A stretch of DNA of 47,922 bases from Burkholderiales bacterium (GTDB taxonomy: Bacteria > Pseudomonadota > Gammaproteobacteria > Burkholderiales > Burkholderiaceae_C), in assembly GCA_003152055.1 (NCBI GenBank), contig PLZH01000125.1, positions 1 to 47,922 of the forward strand, in the 5' to 3' direction. Below are positions 35,797 to 46,543 of the stretch, one piece after another (the first letter of the stretch is position 1; each line of letters opens with the position of its first letter). A model generated the notes under the pieces. That model saw nothing but the letters and a program-made list of their open reading frames with translations. It had not been told where the DNA came from and did no database searches. The position numbers and the translations under genes were made by a program.

Positions 35797-37395
35797 ATGA
35801 CCGAGCCCGTCATCACCCGTCGCGACGCGATCGCTTCCGGGGCAGCCGCGCTCGCGACTGCCGCCTTTCCTTTTTCGGCCATGGCCGAGGAAGGGAAGAA
35901 AGGCGGCACGCTCGTCATCGGCAGCACGCAGACACCGCGGCACCTGAACGGCGCCGTGCAGTCGGGCATCGCCACGGCACTTCCGTCGACGCAGCTATTC
36001 GCCAGCCCCTTGCGCTTCGACGACAAATGGAATCCGCAACCGTATCTCGCCGAATCGTGGAAGTTTGCCGAGGACGGCAAGTCGCTGACGCTCAACCTGC
36101 GCAAGGACGCGCTCTTTCATGACGGCAAGCCCGTGACGTCGGCCGACGTCGCCTTCACGGTCATGGCAATCAAGGCCAACCACCCGTTCCAGACCATGAT
36201 GGGGCCGGTTGAGAAGGTCGACACGCCCGATCCGCACACCGCCATCATCCGCATGAGCGTGCCGCATCCGGCGATCGTGCTGGCGATGAGCCCGGCGCTC
36301 TGCCCGATCCTGCCCAAGCACGTCTACGGCGACGGGCAGGATCTGAAGAACCATCCGAGGAACGGCGAGGGCCTCATTGGTTCGGGCCCGTTCCGGCTGG
36401 TCGAGTTCAAGCCCTCGCAGCGCGTCGTCATGGAGCGGTTCGACAAGTTCTTCCTGCCCGGGAAGCCTTATCTCGACAAGATCATCGTCAACATCATTCC
36501 CGATTCGGCGAGCCTGATGCTCGGCCTCGAGCGCGGTGACATCCAGATGCTGCCCTTCGCCTCGGTGCCGACCGACCTGAAGCGCCTGGCGGCCGATCCG
36601 AAGATCGCGCTCACGCCCCGGGGTTACGAAGGGATCGGGCCGATCAACTGGCTCGCTTTCAATCTCGCGAAAAAGCCGCTATCTGACCTCGCCGTGCGCA
36701 AAGCGATCGCCACGTCGATCGACAAGAACTTCATCACGAAGGTCCTGATGGGCGGCTTCGCGACGGTCGACGACGGACCCATCGTGCCGAGCAGCCCTTT
36801 CGCCGTGACCGACCTGGTTCGCTATCCGGTGGACCTCAAGAAGGCCGCCGAGATGCTCGACGCCGCCGGATACAGGGCCGGCGCCAACGGCGAGCGCTTC
36901 AAACTCAGCATCGACTACCTGCCCGGCACCGATGACCAGCAGAAGAACGTGGCCGAATACATCCGCGGCCAGCTGAAGAAGGTCGGCATCGCCGTCGAGG
37001 TGCGCGCCTCAGCCGATTTTCCGTCCTGGGCCAGGCGCATGGCGACCCACGACTTCGACATGGGCATGGACATCGTCTTCAACTGGGGCGATCCCGTGAT
37101 CGGCGTGGCCCGCACCTATCTCTCGACCAACATCAAGTCGATCGTCTGGACCAACACCCAGTCGTACAACAACCCGAAGGTCGACGAGCTGCTCAATACG
37201 GCGGGCAGCGTGCTCGATCCGACCAAGCGCAAGGCCTATTACGCGACCTTCGAGAAGATCGTCACCGACGAGCTGCCGATCGATTTCATCAACGTCATTC
37301 CGTACCACACGGCAACGACGAAGAAGGTCGGCAACGTGCCGGTGACGATCTGGGGGCCGATGTCGCCGATGGACGAGGTCTACTTCAAGGTGTAG
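35797..37395 (+). CDS. Family 5 (Dpp/Opp-like) ABC substrate-binding protein, orphan copy, Tat-like signal
   Basis: TRRDAI leader; YLAESW, FHDGKPVTSADVAF, IGSGPF, YNNPKVDELL. Confidence 0.92.
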   Translation: MTEPVITRRDAIASGAAALATAAFPFSAMAEEGKKGGTLVIGSTQTPRHLNGAVQSGIATALPSTQLFASPLRFDDKWNPQPYLAESWKFAEDGKSLTLNLRKDALFHDGKPVTSADVAFTVMAIKANHPFQTMMGPVEKVDTPDPHTAIIRMSVPHPAIVLAMSPALCPILPKHVYGDGQDLKNHPRNGEGLIGSGPFRLVEFKPSQRVVMERFDKFFLPGKPYLDKIIVNIIPDSASLMLGLERGDIQMLPFASVPTDLKRLAADPKIALTPRGYEGIGPINWLAFNLAKKPLSDLAVRKAIATSIDKNFITKVLMGGFATVDDGPIVPSSPFAVTDLVRYPVDLKKAAEMLDAAGYRAGANGERFKLSIDYLPGTDDQQKNVAEYIRGQLKKVGIAVEVRASADFPSWARRMATHDFDMGMDIVFNWGDPVIGVARTYLSTNIKSIVWTNTQSYNNPKVDELLNTAGSVLDPTKRKAYYATFEKIVTDELPIDFINVIPYHTATTKKVGNVPVTIWGPMSPMDEVYFKV

Positions 37396-39271
37396 GCGCG
37401 GCTGCGGCGCCGGCGAGCTCCGAGATCTGGCGCAGGAAGGCGCAGGGGTCGCCGGGCACGCAGCAGGCGCGGCGCCACGGGCGGTAGGCCAGGCCGCGCC
37501 TGCGGCGTGCGCCTTTCGCGCAACCGCGCCGGGCCAAAGCCGGTTCGGCCCCCGCGCCGGCGAGCACGCTGGCGCACGGCGCCGCCAGCGGGTGCCACTG
37601 GCCCTCGAAAACGGTGCCGGCGATGCGCACGTCCTTCAGGCGGTCGACGCCGAGCTCGAACGGGTCGTCCTCGAGGACCGTGAAGTCGGCCTTCTTGCCG
37701 GCGACGATGGAGCCGATCTCGTCGTCCATGTGCAGGGCGAAGGCGGCGTCGATGGTGATGCCGCGCAGCGCCTGCTGCAGCGTCAGGCATTCCTCGGGCG
37801 AGATGCGGCGGCCCGAGCGCGTCGTTCGCGTCGCTGCGCACCAGGCGAGCAGCAGCGGCTCCATCGGAGCCATCATGAAGTCGGAATGAAACGAGACGCG
37901 CAGGCCGTGGCGCAGCATCGAGCCGGCGCGCACGATTTGCGCCGCCCGCTCCGGCCCGAGACCGAGCGTCGCGTAGTCGTCGGCCAGGGCATGGATGTAA
38001 TACGCGTTGACCGAGGCGTGAGCGCCGAGCGCGGCGAGGCGGCGCGACTGCGCGTTGCTGTGAAAGCCCACATGGTGCACCGCGAAGCGGTGGTCGAAGC
38101 GAGGCTTTCTCTCCTGCGCCGCGGCGAGCGCCGCGAGCACAGCGTCCATGCCGGCGTCGCCGTTGACGTGGACGTGGATCTGGTAGCCGGCGTCCCAGAA
38201 CACGCGCACGCCTTCGGCGAGCACGTCGGGGCTCATCAGCCATTCACCGTGATGGCCGTCGATGTAGCCGGGCAGGTTCATCTGCATCAGCTGCGAGAAC
38301 ATCGCCCCGTCGGCATAGAACTTGGCCGCCTTGATGAAGCGGACGCGGCGCGAGCCGCGCTCGCGCACTTTCTCGATCGCCGCCAGTCCGAGCGCGAACT
38401 CCGGGCACTCGGTCGGCGGCCCCATGATCTTCTTGCCGACGGCGCGGTTCGAAAAGCCGCGCGCGTCGGCGATGTTGACGATGCGCAGCGGCCGGCCCGG
38501 CTGCTCGACGCAGCGCTCGAGCGCGTCGAGCTCGAACTCGGGATCGAGGGCGCCAAACAGCATGTCGGCGGCGGTCGTGATGCCGCCCTGCTGCGCCAGG
38601 TCGGCCGTCATGTTCAGGCCGCGGTGATACCACTCGGGGCGCAGGAAGGTCGGCAGCAGCCGAGCCAGAACGAGCTTGTTGCCGGTCTCGAAGAAATGTC
38701 CGTCGGCCAGCTGCACCTGCGGGTGCGAACCGACGGCGCCGGCGTCGAGGCCGAGCTTGTCGAGCGCCCGCGTGTTCATGTAGGTCTCGTGGAACGAGCG
38801 CTGCCACAGGATCACCGGACGGTCCGGGCAGAGCGCATCGAGCTCGGCGCGAAACAGCCGCCCGTGCACCGACGGCTGGTAGCCGAAGGAGATGAACCAG
38901 TCGTCGTGGTCGGGGCATCTGGCCAGCCGCGCCTTCAGCAGCTCCAGGTAGCGGGCCGGCGTGTCGGCGGCCGGCGCGACGCTGCCGTCGGCGCGCCGCC
39001 AAGCCTCGGGCGCGATGATTTCCATCGGCGTGAGCAGGGCGCCGAGAAAGGGATGCAGGTGGTTGTCGATGAAGCCGGGCAGCAGCACCTTGTCGGCGAG
39101 GCTCTCGTCGACGACGACCTCGCGGCCTTCGCGCCACGGCGCCATCGAGGCCAGATCGCCGACCGCTACGATGCGATCGTCGATCACGCCGACGGCGGTC
39201 GCCAGCGGCAGCGACTCGTCCATGGTGTGGATGCGGCGCGCCGTGAAGATGCGCAGGGTCTCTCGGGTCAT
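37385..39271 (-). CDS. Metal-dependent amidohydrolase (Amidohydro_3, YtcJ/NfdA-like)
   Basis: PGFIDNHLH, KFYADG, HVHVNGD, SFHSD, GSIVAGKKADF; start at ATG 39271. Confidence 0.88.
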   Translation of the reverse strand: MTRETLRIFTARRIHTMDESLPLATAVGVIDDRIVAVGDLASMAPWREGREVVVDESLADKVLLPGFIDNHLHPFLGALLTPMEIIAPEAWRRADGSVAPAADTPARYLELLKARLARCPDHDDWFISFGYQPSVHGRLFRAELDALCPDRPVILWQRSFHETYMNTRALDKLGLDAGAVGSHPQVQLADGHFFETGNKLVLARLLPTFLRPEWYHRGLNMTADLAQQGGITTAADMLFGALDPEFELDALERCVEQPGRPLRIVNIADARGFSNRAVGKKIMGPPTECPEFALGLAAIEKVRERGSRRVRFIKAAKFYADGAMFSQLMQMNLPGYIDGHHGEWLMSPDVLAEGVRVFWDAGYQIHVHVNGDAGMDAVLAALAAAQERKPRFDHRFAVHHVGFHSNAQSRRLAALGAHASVNAYYIHALADDYATLGLGPERAAQIVRAGSMLRHGLRVSFHSDFMMAPMEPLLLAWCAATRTTRSGRRISPEECLTLQQALRGITIDAAFALHMDDEIGSIVAGKKADFTVLEDDPFELGVDRLKDVRIAGTVFEGQWHPLAAPCASVLAGAGAEPALARRGCAKGARRRRGLAYRPWRRACCVPGDPCAFLRQISELAGAAAAPTP

Positions 39272-39311
39272 GGTTCGGCTCCTCGACGTTGTCGTTGCGA
39301 AGCGCTGCGGG

Positions 39312-41771
39312 TCAGGAGCGGATGCGCTCGTTCTTTGGGTCGTACCAGGCGCCGAGCTGGGCGCGTGCCGCGACACGGCGATCGCCGATGCCGATCTCGA
39401 AGCGCGTCGACTGCAGCAGCGCCGTGGTGATCGGCTCGTCCATCGTCACGTAGCCCATGCCGAGCGACGCGCCGACGCGATGGCCGAAGGCGCCCGACGT
39501 GGTGACGCCGACCGGCCGGCCGTCGGCAAAGATCGGCTCTTCGTGGAACAGCAGCTCGTCTGCATCGTTGAGCCGGATCTGCACCAGACGGCGCCGCGGC
39601 GGCCCGGCTTCGCGCAGCAGCAGCAAGGCCTCGCGGCCGATGAAGCCGCCGGGCTTGTCCCAGGCACAGGTGAAACCGAGCCCGGCCGCGAAGGGTGTGT
39701 CTTCGATGCCGACGTCGTGGCTCCAGTGCCGGTAGCCCTTCTCGGTGCGACAGCAATCGAGCGCGTGAAAGCCCGCGAGTTTCAGGCCGTGAGCTGAGCC
39801 GGCGGCGAAGATGCGCTCGTAGACGTGCAGCGCGAACTCGGCCGGAATGTAGAGCTCCCAGCCCAGCTCGCCGACGTAGGTGATGCGGCTGGCCCGCACG
39901 ATGGCGTAGCCGATCTCGATCTCCTGCGAGGTGGCGAAGGGGAAGGCGTCGCTGTCCAGCTTCGCGCCGCTGATCTCCGCGAGCAGGGCCCGCGCGTTCG
40001 GGCCCATCAGGCCGAGCATCGGCAGGCCCGACGTGACGTCGGTGACGACGCAGTGCGCATCGACGCCGATGTGGGTGCGCAGGTGGGCGAGGTCCTTGAT
40101 GTGCGAGCCGACCGAGCTCACCACCATGTAGCGATCGGCGGCGAGCCGCGTCACCGTCAGGTCGGCCTCGATGCCGCCGCGGGTGTTGAGCCACTGGGTG
40201 TAGACGACGCGGCCGGCGGCCACGTCGACATCGGCCGTGCAGATGCGGTTGAGCACTGCACATGCATCGCGCCCCTGGACCAGGAATTTGGGCATCGACG
40301 ACTGGTCGAAGATGGCGACGCTGTCGCGCACCGCGGCGCATTCGGCCGCGGCGTGCTCGAACCAGTTCTGCCGCCCGTAGCTGTACTCGTAGGCCGGTGA
40401 CGACCCGGGTGCGCCGTACCAGTTCGGCCGCTCCCAGCCGCCGAGCTCGCCCATGCAGGCGCCCGCGGCGAGCAGGCGATCGTGGAACGGCGAGCGTCGG
40501 GCACCGCGCGCCGTCTCGGCCTGGCGATAGGGCCAGTGCATCGCGAACAACAGGCCGAGGCTTTCGCGCGTGCGCTCGGCCAGGTAGGCGCGCGTGCCCT
40601 GGCAGGGGTGCATGCGGCGCACGTCCATGCCGGGCAGGTCGAGCGGCGCGGCACGGTCGACGATCCATTGCGCCAGCACCTTGCCGGCACCGCCCGAGCT
40701 CTGGATGCCGATGGAATTGAAGCCGCAGGCGACGAAGAGGTCGCGCACCTCGGCCGTTTCGCCGAGCAGGTAGCGGTCGTCGGGCGTGAAGCTCTCGGGG
40801 CCGTTGAACCAGGTGGCGATGCCGGTGCCGACGAGCACCGGCACGCGCTCGACCGCCTTTTCGAGCACCGGCTCGAAGTGGTCGAAGTCGTAGGGCAGTT
40901 CGTCGAAGCAGAAGTCGCGCGGGATGCCGTCGAGGGCCCACGGCTTGGCGATGGGCTCGAAAGCGCCGATCAGCAGCTTGCCGGCGTCTTCCTTGTAGTA
41001 CGCCCACTCGTCGGGAACGCGAAGCACGGGCAGGTTGGAGGGCAGGCCGGCGATGGGCTCGGTGACGACATAGAAATGCTCGGCCGCCTGCAGAGGCAGG
41101 CGCAGGCCGATCTGGCGGCCGAGGGCATGACTCCACATGCCCGCCGCCAGCACGACGGTGCCGGCACGCAGCTCTCCGACACGACCGTCGTGCGCGAAGC
41201 GAACGCCGACGGCGCGGCCGTTCTCGACGACGATGTCGCTGACCTCGGCGTTTTCGACGATGCGCGCCCCGCCGAGCCGCGCGCCCTTGGCGAAGGCCTG
41301 TGTCGTGTCGACAGGGTTGGCCTGGCCGTCGTTCGGCGTCCACAGGCCGCCGACGACGCCCTTGTCGGCGAGCAGCGGGTAGCGGCTCTTCACGTCGGCG
41401 GGCATCATGAACTCGACCTCGACGCCGAAGGCCCGGCCCATCGCGCCGGTGCGCTTGAACTCCTCGAAGCGCGCCTCGGTCAGCGCCACGGCGACGGAGC
41501 CGTTCTGCTTGAAGCCGGTGGCCTGGCCGGTTTCGGCCTCCAGCGTCTTCAGCAGCTCCGAGGTGTATTTGGCGAGCTCGGTGAGCGTGCGCGTGGCGCG
41601 CAACTGCGGGACGAGGCCGGCGGCATGCCAGGTCGTGCCGCAGGTCAGCTGGCGGCGCTCGAGCAGCACCACGTCGCGAACGCCGAGTTTGGTCAGGTGA
41701 TAGGCGATCGAGCAGCCGATGATGCCGCCGCCGACGATGACGACGTCGGCCCGCGAGGGAATGTTGCTCAT
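39312..41771 (-). CDS. GcvT-domain flavoprotein (sarcosine/dimethylglycine dehydrogenase-like)
   Basis: IVGGGIIG, GTTWHAAG, NGPESFTPD, GWERPNW, RITYVGELGWELY, RTEKGYRHW. Confidence 0.92.
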   Translation of the reverse strand: MSNIPSRADVVIVGGGIIGCSIAYHLTKLGVRDVVLLERRQLTCGTTWHAAGLVPQLRATRTLTELAKYTSELLKTLEAETGQATGFKQNGSVAVALTEARFEEFKRTGAMGRAFGVEVEFMMPADVKSRYPLLADKGVVGGLWTPNDGQANPVDTTQAFAKGARLGGARIVENAEVSDIVVENGRAVGVRFAHDGRVGELRAGTVVLAAGMWSHALGRQIGLRLPLQAAEHFYVVTEPIAGLPSNLPVLRVPDEWAYYKEDAGKLLIGAFEPIAKPWALDGIPRDFCFDELPYDFDHFEPVLEKAVERVPVLVGTGIATWFNGPESFTPDDRYLLGETAEVRDLFVACGFNSIGIQSSGGAGKVLAQWIVDRAAPLDLPGMDVRRMHPCQGTRAYLAERTRESLGLLFAMHWPYRQAETARGARRSPFHDRLLAAGACMGELGGWERPNWYGAPGSSPAYEYSYGRQNWFEHAAAECAAVRDSVAIFDQSSMPKFLVQGRDACAVLNRICTADVDVAAGRVVYTQWLNTRGGIEADLTVTRLAADRYMVVSSVGSHIKDLAHLRTHIGVDAHCVVTDVTSGLPMLGLMGPNARALLAEISGAKLDSDAFPFATSQEIEIGYAIVRASRITYVGELGWELYIPAEFALHVYERIFAAGSAHGLKLAGFHALDCCRTEKGYRHWSHDVGIEDTPFAAGLGFTCAWDKPGGFIGREALLLLREAGPPRRRLVQIRLNDADELLFHEEPIFADGRPVGVTTSGAFGHRVGASLGMGYVTMDEPITTALLQSTRFEIGIGDRRVAARAQLGAWYDPKNERIRS

Positions 41772-41807
41772 GCGATGGATCGAAGGAGACCTCGAGACCG
41801 ACCGGGG

Positions 41808-41859
41808 GAAAGCGCTTTCACCGGCGGTTCTTGCCAAGCGATGAAAGCGCTTTCATAAT
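41808..41859. promoter_or_regulatory. Two LacI-type operators overlapping a sigma70 promoter
   Basis: GAAAGCGCTTTC at 41808-41819 and perfect palindrome ATGAAAGCGCTTTCAT at 41841-41856; TTGCCA (41831-41836)-N17-CATAAT (41854-41859) on +. Confidence 0.85.
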
Positions 41860-41903
41860 GACCTTAGCACGGCGCTCCGGCGCTGTCCACCCTGCCGCCG
41901 CCC

Positions 41904-43004
41904 ATGCCCAGCCGCCATGCCGCCCGTGTTCCCCGTTCACCCGCGCGCCGCGCCGGCACGCGTGCTGCGGCGAGCCCGGATCGCTCGCGGCTCGACCAGG
42001 TGGCGCGGCTGGCGGCCGTCTCGCCGGCCACGGTCTCGCGCGCGCTGAACCGGCCCGAGCTCGTCGCCGCGGCGACGCTGAGCCGGGTTCGCGCGGCGGT
42101 CGACAAGCTGCAGTTCGTGCGGCATGCCGGTGCGCGGGCGCTGTCGAGCGGGCGCTCGCACGTCATCGGCGCGCTGATCCCGCACATCGGCTACTCCGTG
42201 TTCGCCGAGCTGATGGACGCGGTGCAGCAGCAATGCACCCAGGCCGGCTACAACCTGGTGATCGGCATCTACCACTTCGATGCCGAAGACGAGCTGCGCC
42301 AGGCGCGCCAGCTCGTCAACTCCGGCGTCGATGCGCTGATGCTGGTCGGCTTTCGCCATCACCCCGAGCTCTTCGAGCTGCTGGCGGCGCGCGGCGTGCA
42401 CTACGTCTGCACCGACGTGTTCGACCCGAAGTCGCCGCATCCGAGCGTCGGCTACGACAACCGCGGTATCGGCCGTCGCGTCGCGGCCTACCTGCTCGGC
42501 CTCGGCCATCGCGAGTTCGCGGTCGTGACGGGCGATACACGAAGGAACGATCGCATGGCGACGCGTCTCGCCGGCTTCAAGGCGGAGCTGCGCCGCAACG
42601 GCCTCGCGCTTGCCGAGGGCGCCCTGTTCAAGGGCGACTACACGCTGGCCGATGGCCGCGCTGGCTTCGCTCAGGTCATCGGCACGAACCCGACGGCGGT
42701 GGTGTGCGGTAACGACGTCATCGCCGTCGGCGCCTTGCTCGAGGCCCGCGACCGCGGCATCGCCGTGCCGCGGCAGCTGTCGATGATCGGCTTCGACAAT
42801 CTCGAGTGGGCCAGCGAGTATTCGCCGGCGCTGACGACCGTCAACGTGCCCTGTACGACGATGGGCGTGCAGGCAGCGCAGGCGCTGCTGGCCCGCATCG
42901 AGGGCGGTGTGTCGCCGCACGCGGTCGAGATCACGCTCGACATCGTCGTGCGGGCCACGACCGCGGCGCCCCGCGAGCCGGCGCGCCGGCGCCTGCGCGC
43001 CTGA
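41904..43004 (+). CDS. LacI-family transcriptional regulator
   Basis: LDQVARLAAVSPATVSRALN, ARALSSGRS, CGNDVIAVG, SMIGFDN, PALTTV. Confidence 0.93.
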   Translation: MPSRHAARVPRSPARRAGTRAAASPDRSRLDQVARLAAVSPATVSRALNRPELVAAATLSRVRAAVDKLQFVRHAGARALSSGRSHVIGALIPHIGYSVFAELMDAVQQQCTQAGYNLVIGIYHFDAEDELRQARQLVNSGVDALMLVGFRHHPELFELLAARGVHYVCTDVFDPKSPHPSVGYDNRGIGRRVAAYLLGLGHREFAVVTGDTRRNDRMATRLAGFKAELRRNGLALAEGALFKGDYTLADGRAGFAQVIGTNPTAVVCGNDVIAVGALLEARDRGIAVPRQLSMIGFDNLEWASEYSPALTTVNVPCTTMGVQAAQALLARIEGGVSPHAVEITLDIVVRATTAAPREPARRRLRA

Positions 43005-43018
43005 GCCGGAGCCTCCCG

Positions 43019-43867
43019 ATGAACGACGCCTACATCCTCACGCTGTCCTGCCCGGACCGCATCGGCATCGTCCATGCGGTGACCGGTTTTCTCGCTGAGC
43101 GGCGGGCCAACATCACCGAGGCCGCGCAATACAACGACACGGCGACCGGCCTCTTCTTCATGCGCATGCGTTTCGACGCGGCGGGCACGTCGGTCGACGA
43201 GCTGCGACGCGCCTTCGCGACGCTGGCCGAGGCGCTGGCCATGAGCTGGGCTCTGGTCGCCGCGAGCGAACGCCTGCCGACGGTGATCATGGTCTCCCGG
43301 CTCGGCCATTGCCTGAACGACCTGCTGTTCCGCCATCGCTCGGGGCTGCTGCCGCTCGACATCCGCGCCATCGTCTCGAACCACCGAGACTTCCATCAGC
43401 TCGCCGCGTCCTACGACATCGCGTTCCATCACCTGCCGGTATCGCCGGAAACGAAGGAGCAGGCCGAACCGCGGCTGCTCGAGATCATCGCGGCCGAGAA
43501 GATCGAGCTCGTCGTCCTTGCCCGCTACATGCAGGTGCTCTCCGCGCCGCTGTGCCGCCGGCTCGAGGGCCGCGTGATCAACATCCATCACAGCTTCCTG
43601 CCGAGCTTCAAGGGCGCGCGTCCTTACCAGCAGGCCTCGGATCGCGGCGTCAAGCTGATCGGCGCGACCGCGCACTACGTGACGGCCGATCTCGACGAGG
43701 GTCCGATCATCGAGCAGGACATCGCCCGTGTCGACCACACGATGGACGCGGCGCGCCTGACGGCATTGGGCCGCGACATCGAGAGCGCCGTCCTGGCGCG
43801 CGCGGTCGTTTGGCACGCCGAACGGCGCGTGCTGGTCGACGGGCGCAAGACCGTTGTCTTTCGCTGA
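43019..43867 (+). CDS. purU: Formyltetrahydrofolate deformylase
   Basis: CPDRIGIV, HCLNDLL, VLARYMQ, INIHHSFLPSFKGARPY, RGVKLIGATAHYVT, DEGPIIEQ. Confidence 0.96.
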   Translation: MNDAYILTLSCPDRIGIVHAVTGFLAERRANITEAAQYNDTATGLFFMRMRFDAAGTSVDELRRAFATLAEALAMSWALVAASERLPTVIMVSRLGHCLNDLLFRHRSGLLPLDIRAIVSNHRDFHQLAASYDIAFHHLPVSPETKEQAEPRLLEIIAAEKIELVVLARYMQVLSAPLCRRLEGRVINIHHSFLPSFKGARPYQQASDRGVKLIGATAHYVTADLDEGPIIEQDIARVDHTMDAARLTALGRDIESAVLARAVVWHAERRVLVDGRKTVVFR

Positions 43868-43916
43868 CCTGCGGACCGCAGGTCGATCCAGTCATTGCCA
43901 TCGAGAGGAGACTTCC

Positions 43917-45554
43917 GTGCACTCATCGCCTTCCACACCGAGCCCGGGCCATCTCCCGGTGCGATGCCTGCGGCGCCGGTTCGCGGCGAGCCTCGCCTGT
44001 GCCGTCGCGGCGCTCGCGCCGACTCTCGCTTCGGCACAGCTCGGCGCCGAGGCGATCAAGAATGGCGGCACCCTCGTTGTCGGCTCCTGGCAGGCACCGC
44101 GGCACCTCAATGGCGCCGTGCAATCGGGCGCGGCGACGGCTTTGCCGTCGACCCAGTTGTTCGCCAGCCCGCTGCGCTTCGACGACAAGTGGAACCCGCA
44201 GCCTTACCTGGCCGAATCGTGGAAGCTGGCCGACGACGGCATGTCGCTGACGCTGCATCTGCGCAAGAACGCGGTCTTCCACGACGGCACGCCGATCACC
44301 TCGGAAGACGTCGCCTTCTCGATCATGGCGATCAAGGCCAACCATCCGTTCCAGACCATGATGGGCCCGGTCGACAAGGTCGACACGCCCGATCCGTACA
44401 CGGCCATCATCCGCATGAGCGTGCCGCACCCGGCGATCGTGCTGGCCATGAGCCCGGCCCTCTGCCCGATCCTGCCCAAGCACATCTACGGCGACGGCCA
44501 GGACCTGAAGAGCCACCCGCGCAACAGCGTCGACGTCGTCGGCTCGGGGCCGTTTCGCCTGGTCGAGTTCAAGCCCGGCCAGCGCATCGTGATGGAGAAG
44601 TTCGACAAGTTCTTCCTCCCCGGCAAGCCGCACCTCGACAAGCTGATCGTCGACATCAATCCCGACGCGCAAAGCCTGATGCTGAGCCTCGAGCGCGGCG
44701 ACGTGCAGATGGTCGGCTTCATCAGCACGCCGACCGATCTGCAGCGGCTGGCGAAGGATCCGAAGATCAACCTCACGGCGAAAGGCTACGACGGCATCGG
44801 CTCGATGAACTGGCTCGCCTTCAATCTGGAGCGCAAGCCCATGTCGGATCTCGCGTTCCGCAAGGCGGTCGCGACGGCGATCGACAAGCCCTTCATCCTG
44901 AAAGCGCTGATGGGCGGCTACGGCATCCCGGCCGACGGGCCGCTTGCCAACAGCAGCCCCTTCGCGACGCCGGACGTGACGCGCTATCCCTTCGACCTGA
45001 AGAAGGCCAACGCCATGCTCGACGCCGCCGGCTACAAGGCCGACGCGAACGGCGTGCGCGCCAAGGTGACGATCGACTACTACCCCGGCGCCGACACGCA
45101 GCAGAAGAACGTGGCCGAATACCTGCGCCCGGCCCTGAAGAAGGTCGGCATCGACGTGACCGTGCGCACCTCGGCCGACTTCCCCACCTGGGCCAAGCGC
45201 ATGGCGACGCACGATTTCGACATGTCGATGGACGCGTCGTACAACTGGGGCGACCCGATCATCGGCGTGCACCGCACCTATCTCTCGACCAACATCCGGC
45301 CGATCGTCTGGACCAACACCCAGTCGTACCGCAACCCGAAGGTCGACGAGCTCCTCAACGCCGCCGGCAGCGTTCTCGATCCGACCAAGCGCAAGGCCTA
45401 CTATGCGGCGTTCGAGAAGATCGTCACCGACGAGCTGCCCGTGTACATCATCAACCAGGTCCCGTACTACACGGCGACGACCAAGCGCGTCGGCAACGTG
45501 CCGGCATCGATCTGGGGAATGCTGTCGCCGCTGGACGACGTCTACCTGAAGTAG
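43917..45554 (+). CDS. Family 5 ABC substrate-binding protein (close paralog of 35797-37395)
   Basis: GAGAGGAG RBS and GTG 43917; family-5 motifs; long stretches identical to the upstream copy. Confidence 0.92.
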   Translation: MHSSPSTPSPGHLPVRCLRRRFAASLACAVAALAPTLASAQLGAEAIKNGGTLVVGSWQAPRHLNGAVQSGAATALPSTQLFASPLRFDDKWNPQPYLAESWKLADDGMSLTLHLRKNAVFHDGTPITSEDVAFSIMAIKANHPFQTMMGPVDKVDTPDPYTAIIRMSVPHPAIVLAMSPALCPILPKHIYGDGQDLKSHPRNSVDVVGSGPFRLVEFKPGQRIVMEKFDKFFLPGKPHLDKLIVDINPDAQSLMLSLERGDVQMVGFISTPTDLQRLAKDPKINLTAKGYDGIGSMNWLAFNLERKPMSDLAFRKAVATAIDKPFILKALMGGYGIPADGPLANSSPFATPDVTRYPFDLKKANAMLDAAGYKADANGVRAKVTIDYYPGADTQQKNVAEYLRPALKKVGIDVTVRTSADFPTWAKRMATHDFDMSMDASYNWGDPIIGVHRTYLSTNIRPIVWTNTQSYRNPKVDELLNAAGSVLDPTKRKAYYAAFEKIVTDELPVYIINQVPYYTATTKRVGNVPASIWGMLSPLDDVYLK

Positions 45555-45567
45555 CGACCGGCTCGCC

Positions 45568-46539
<972 letters not shown>

Positions 46540-46543
46540 GGGC

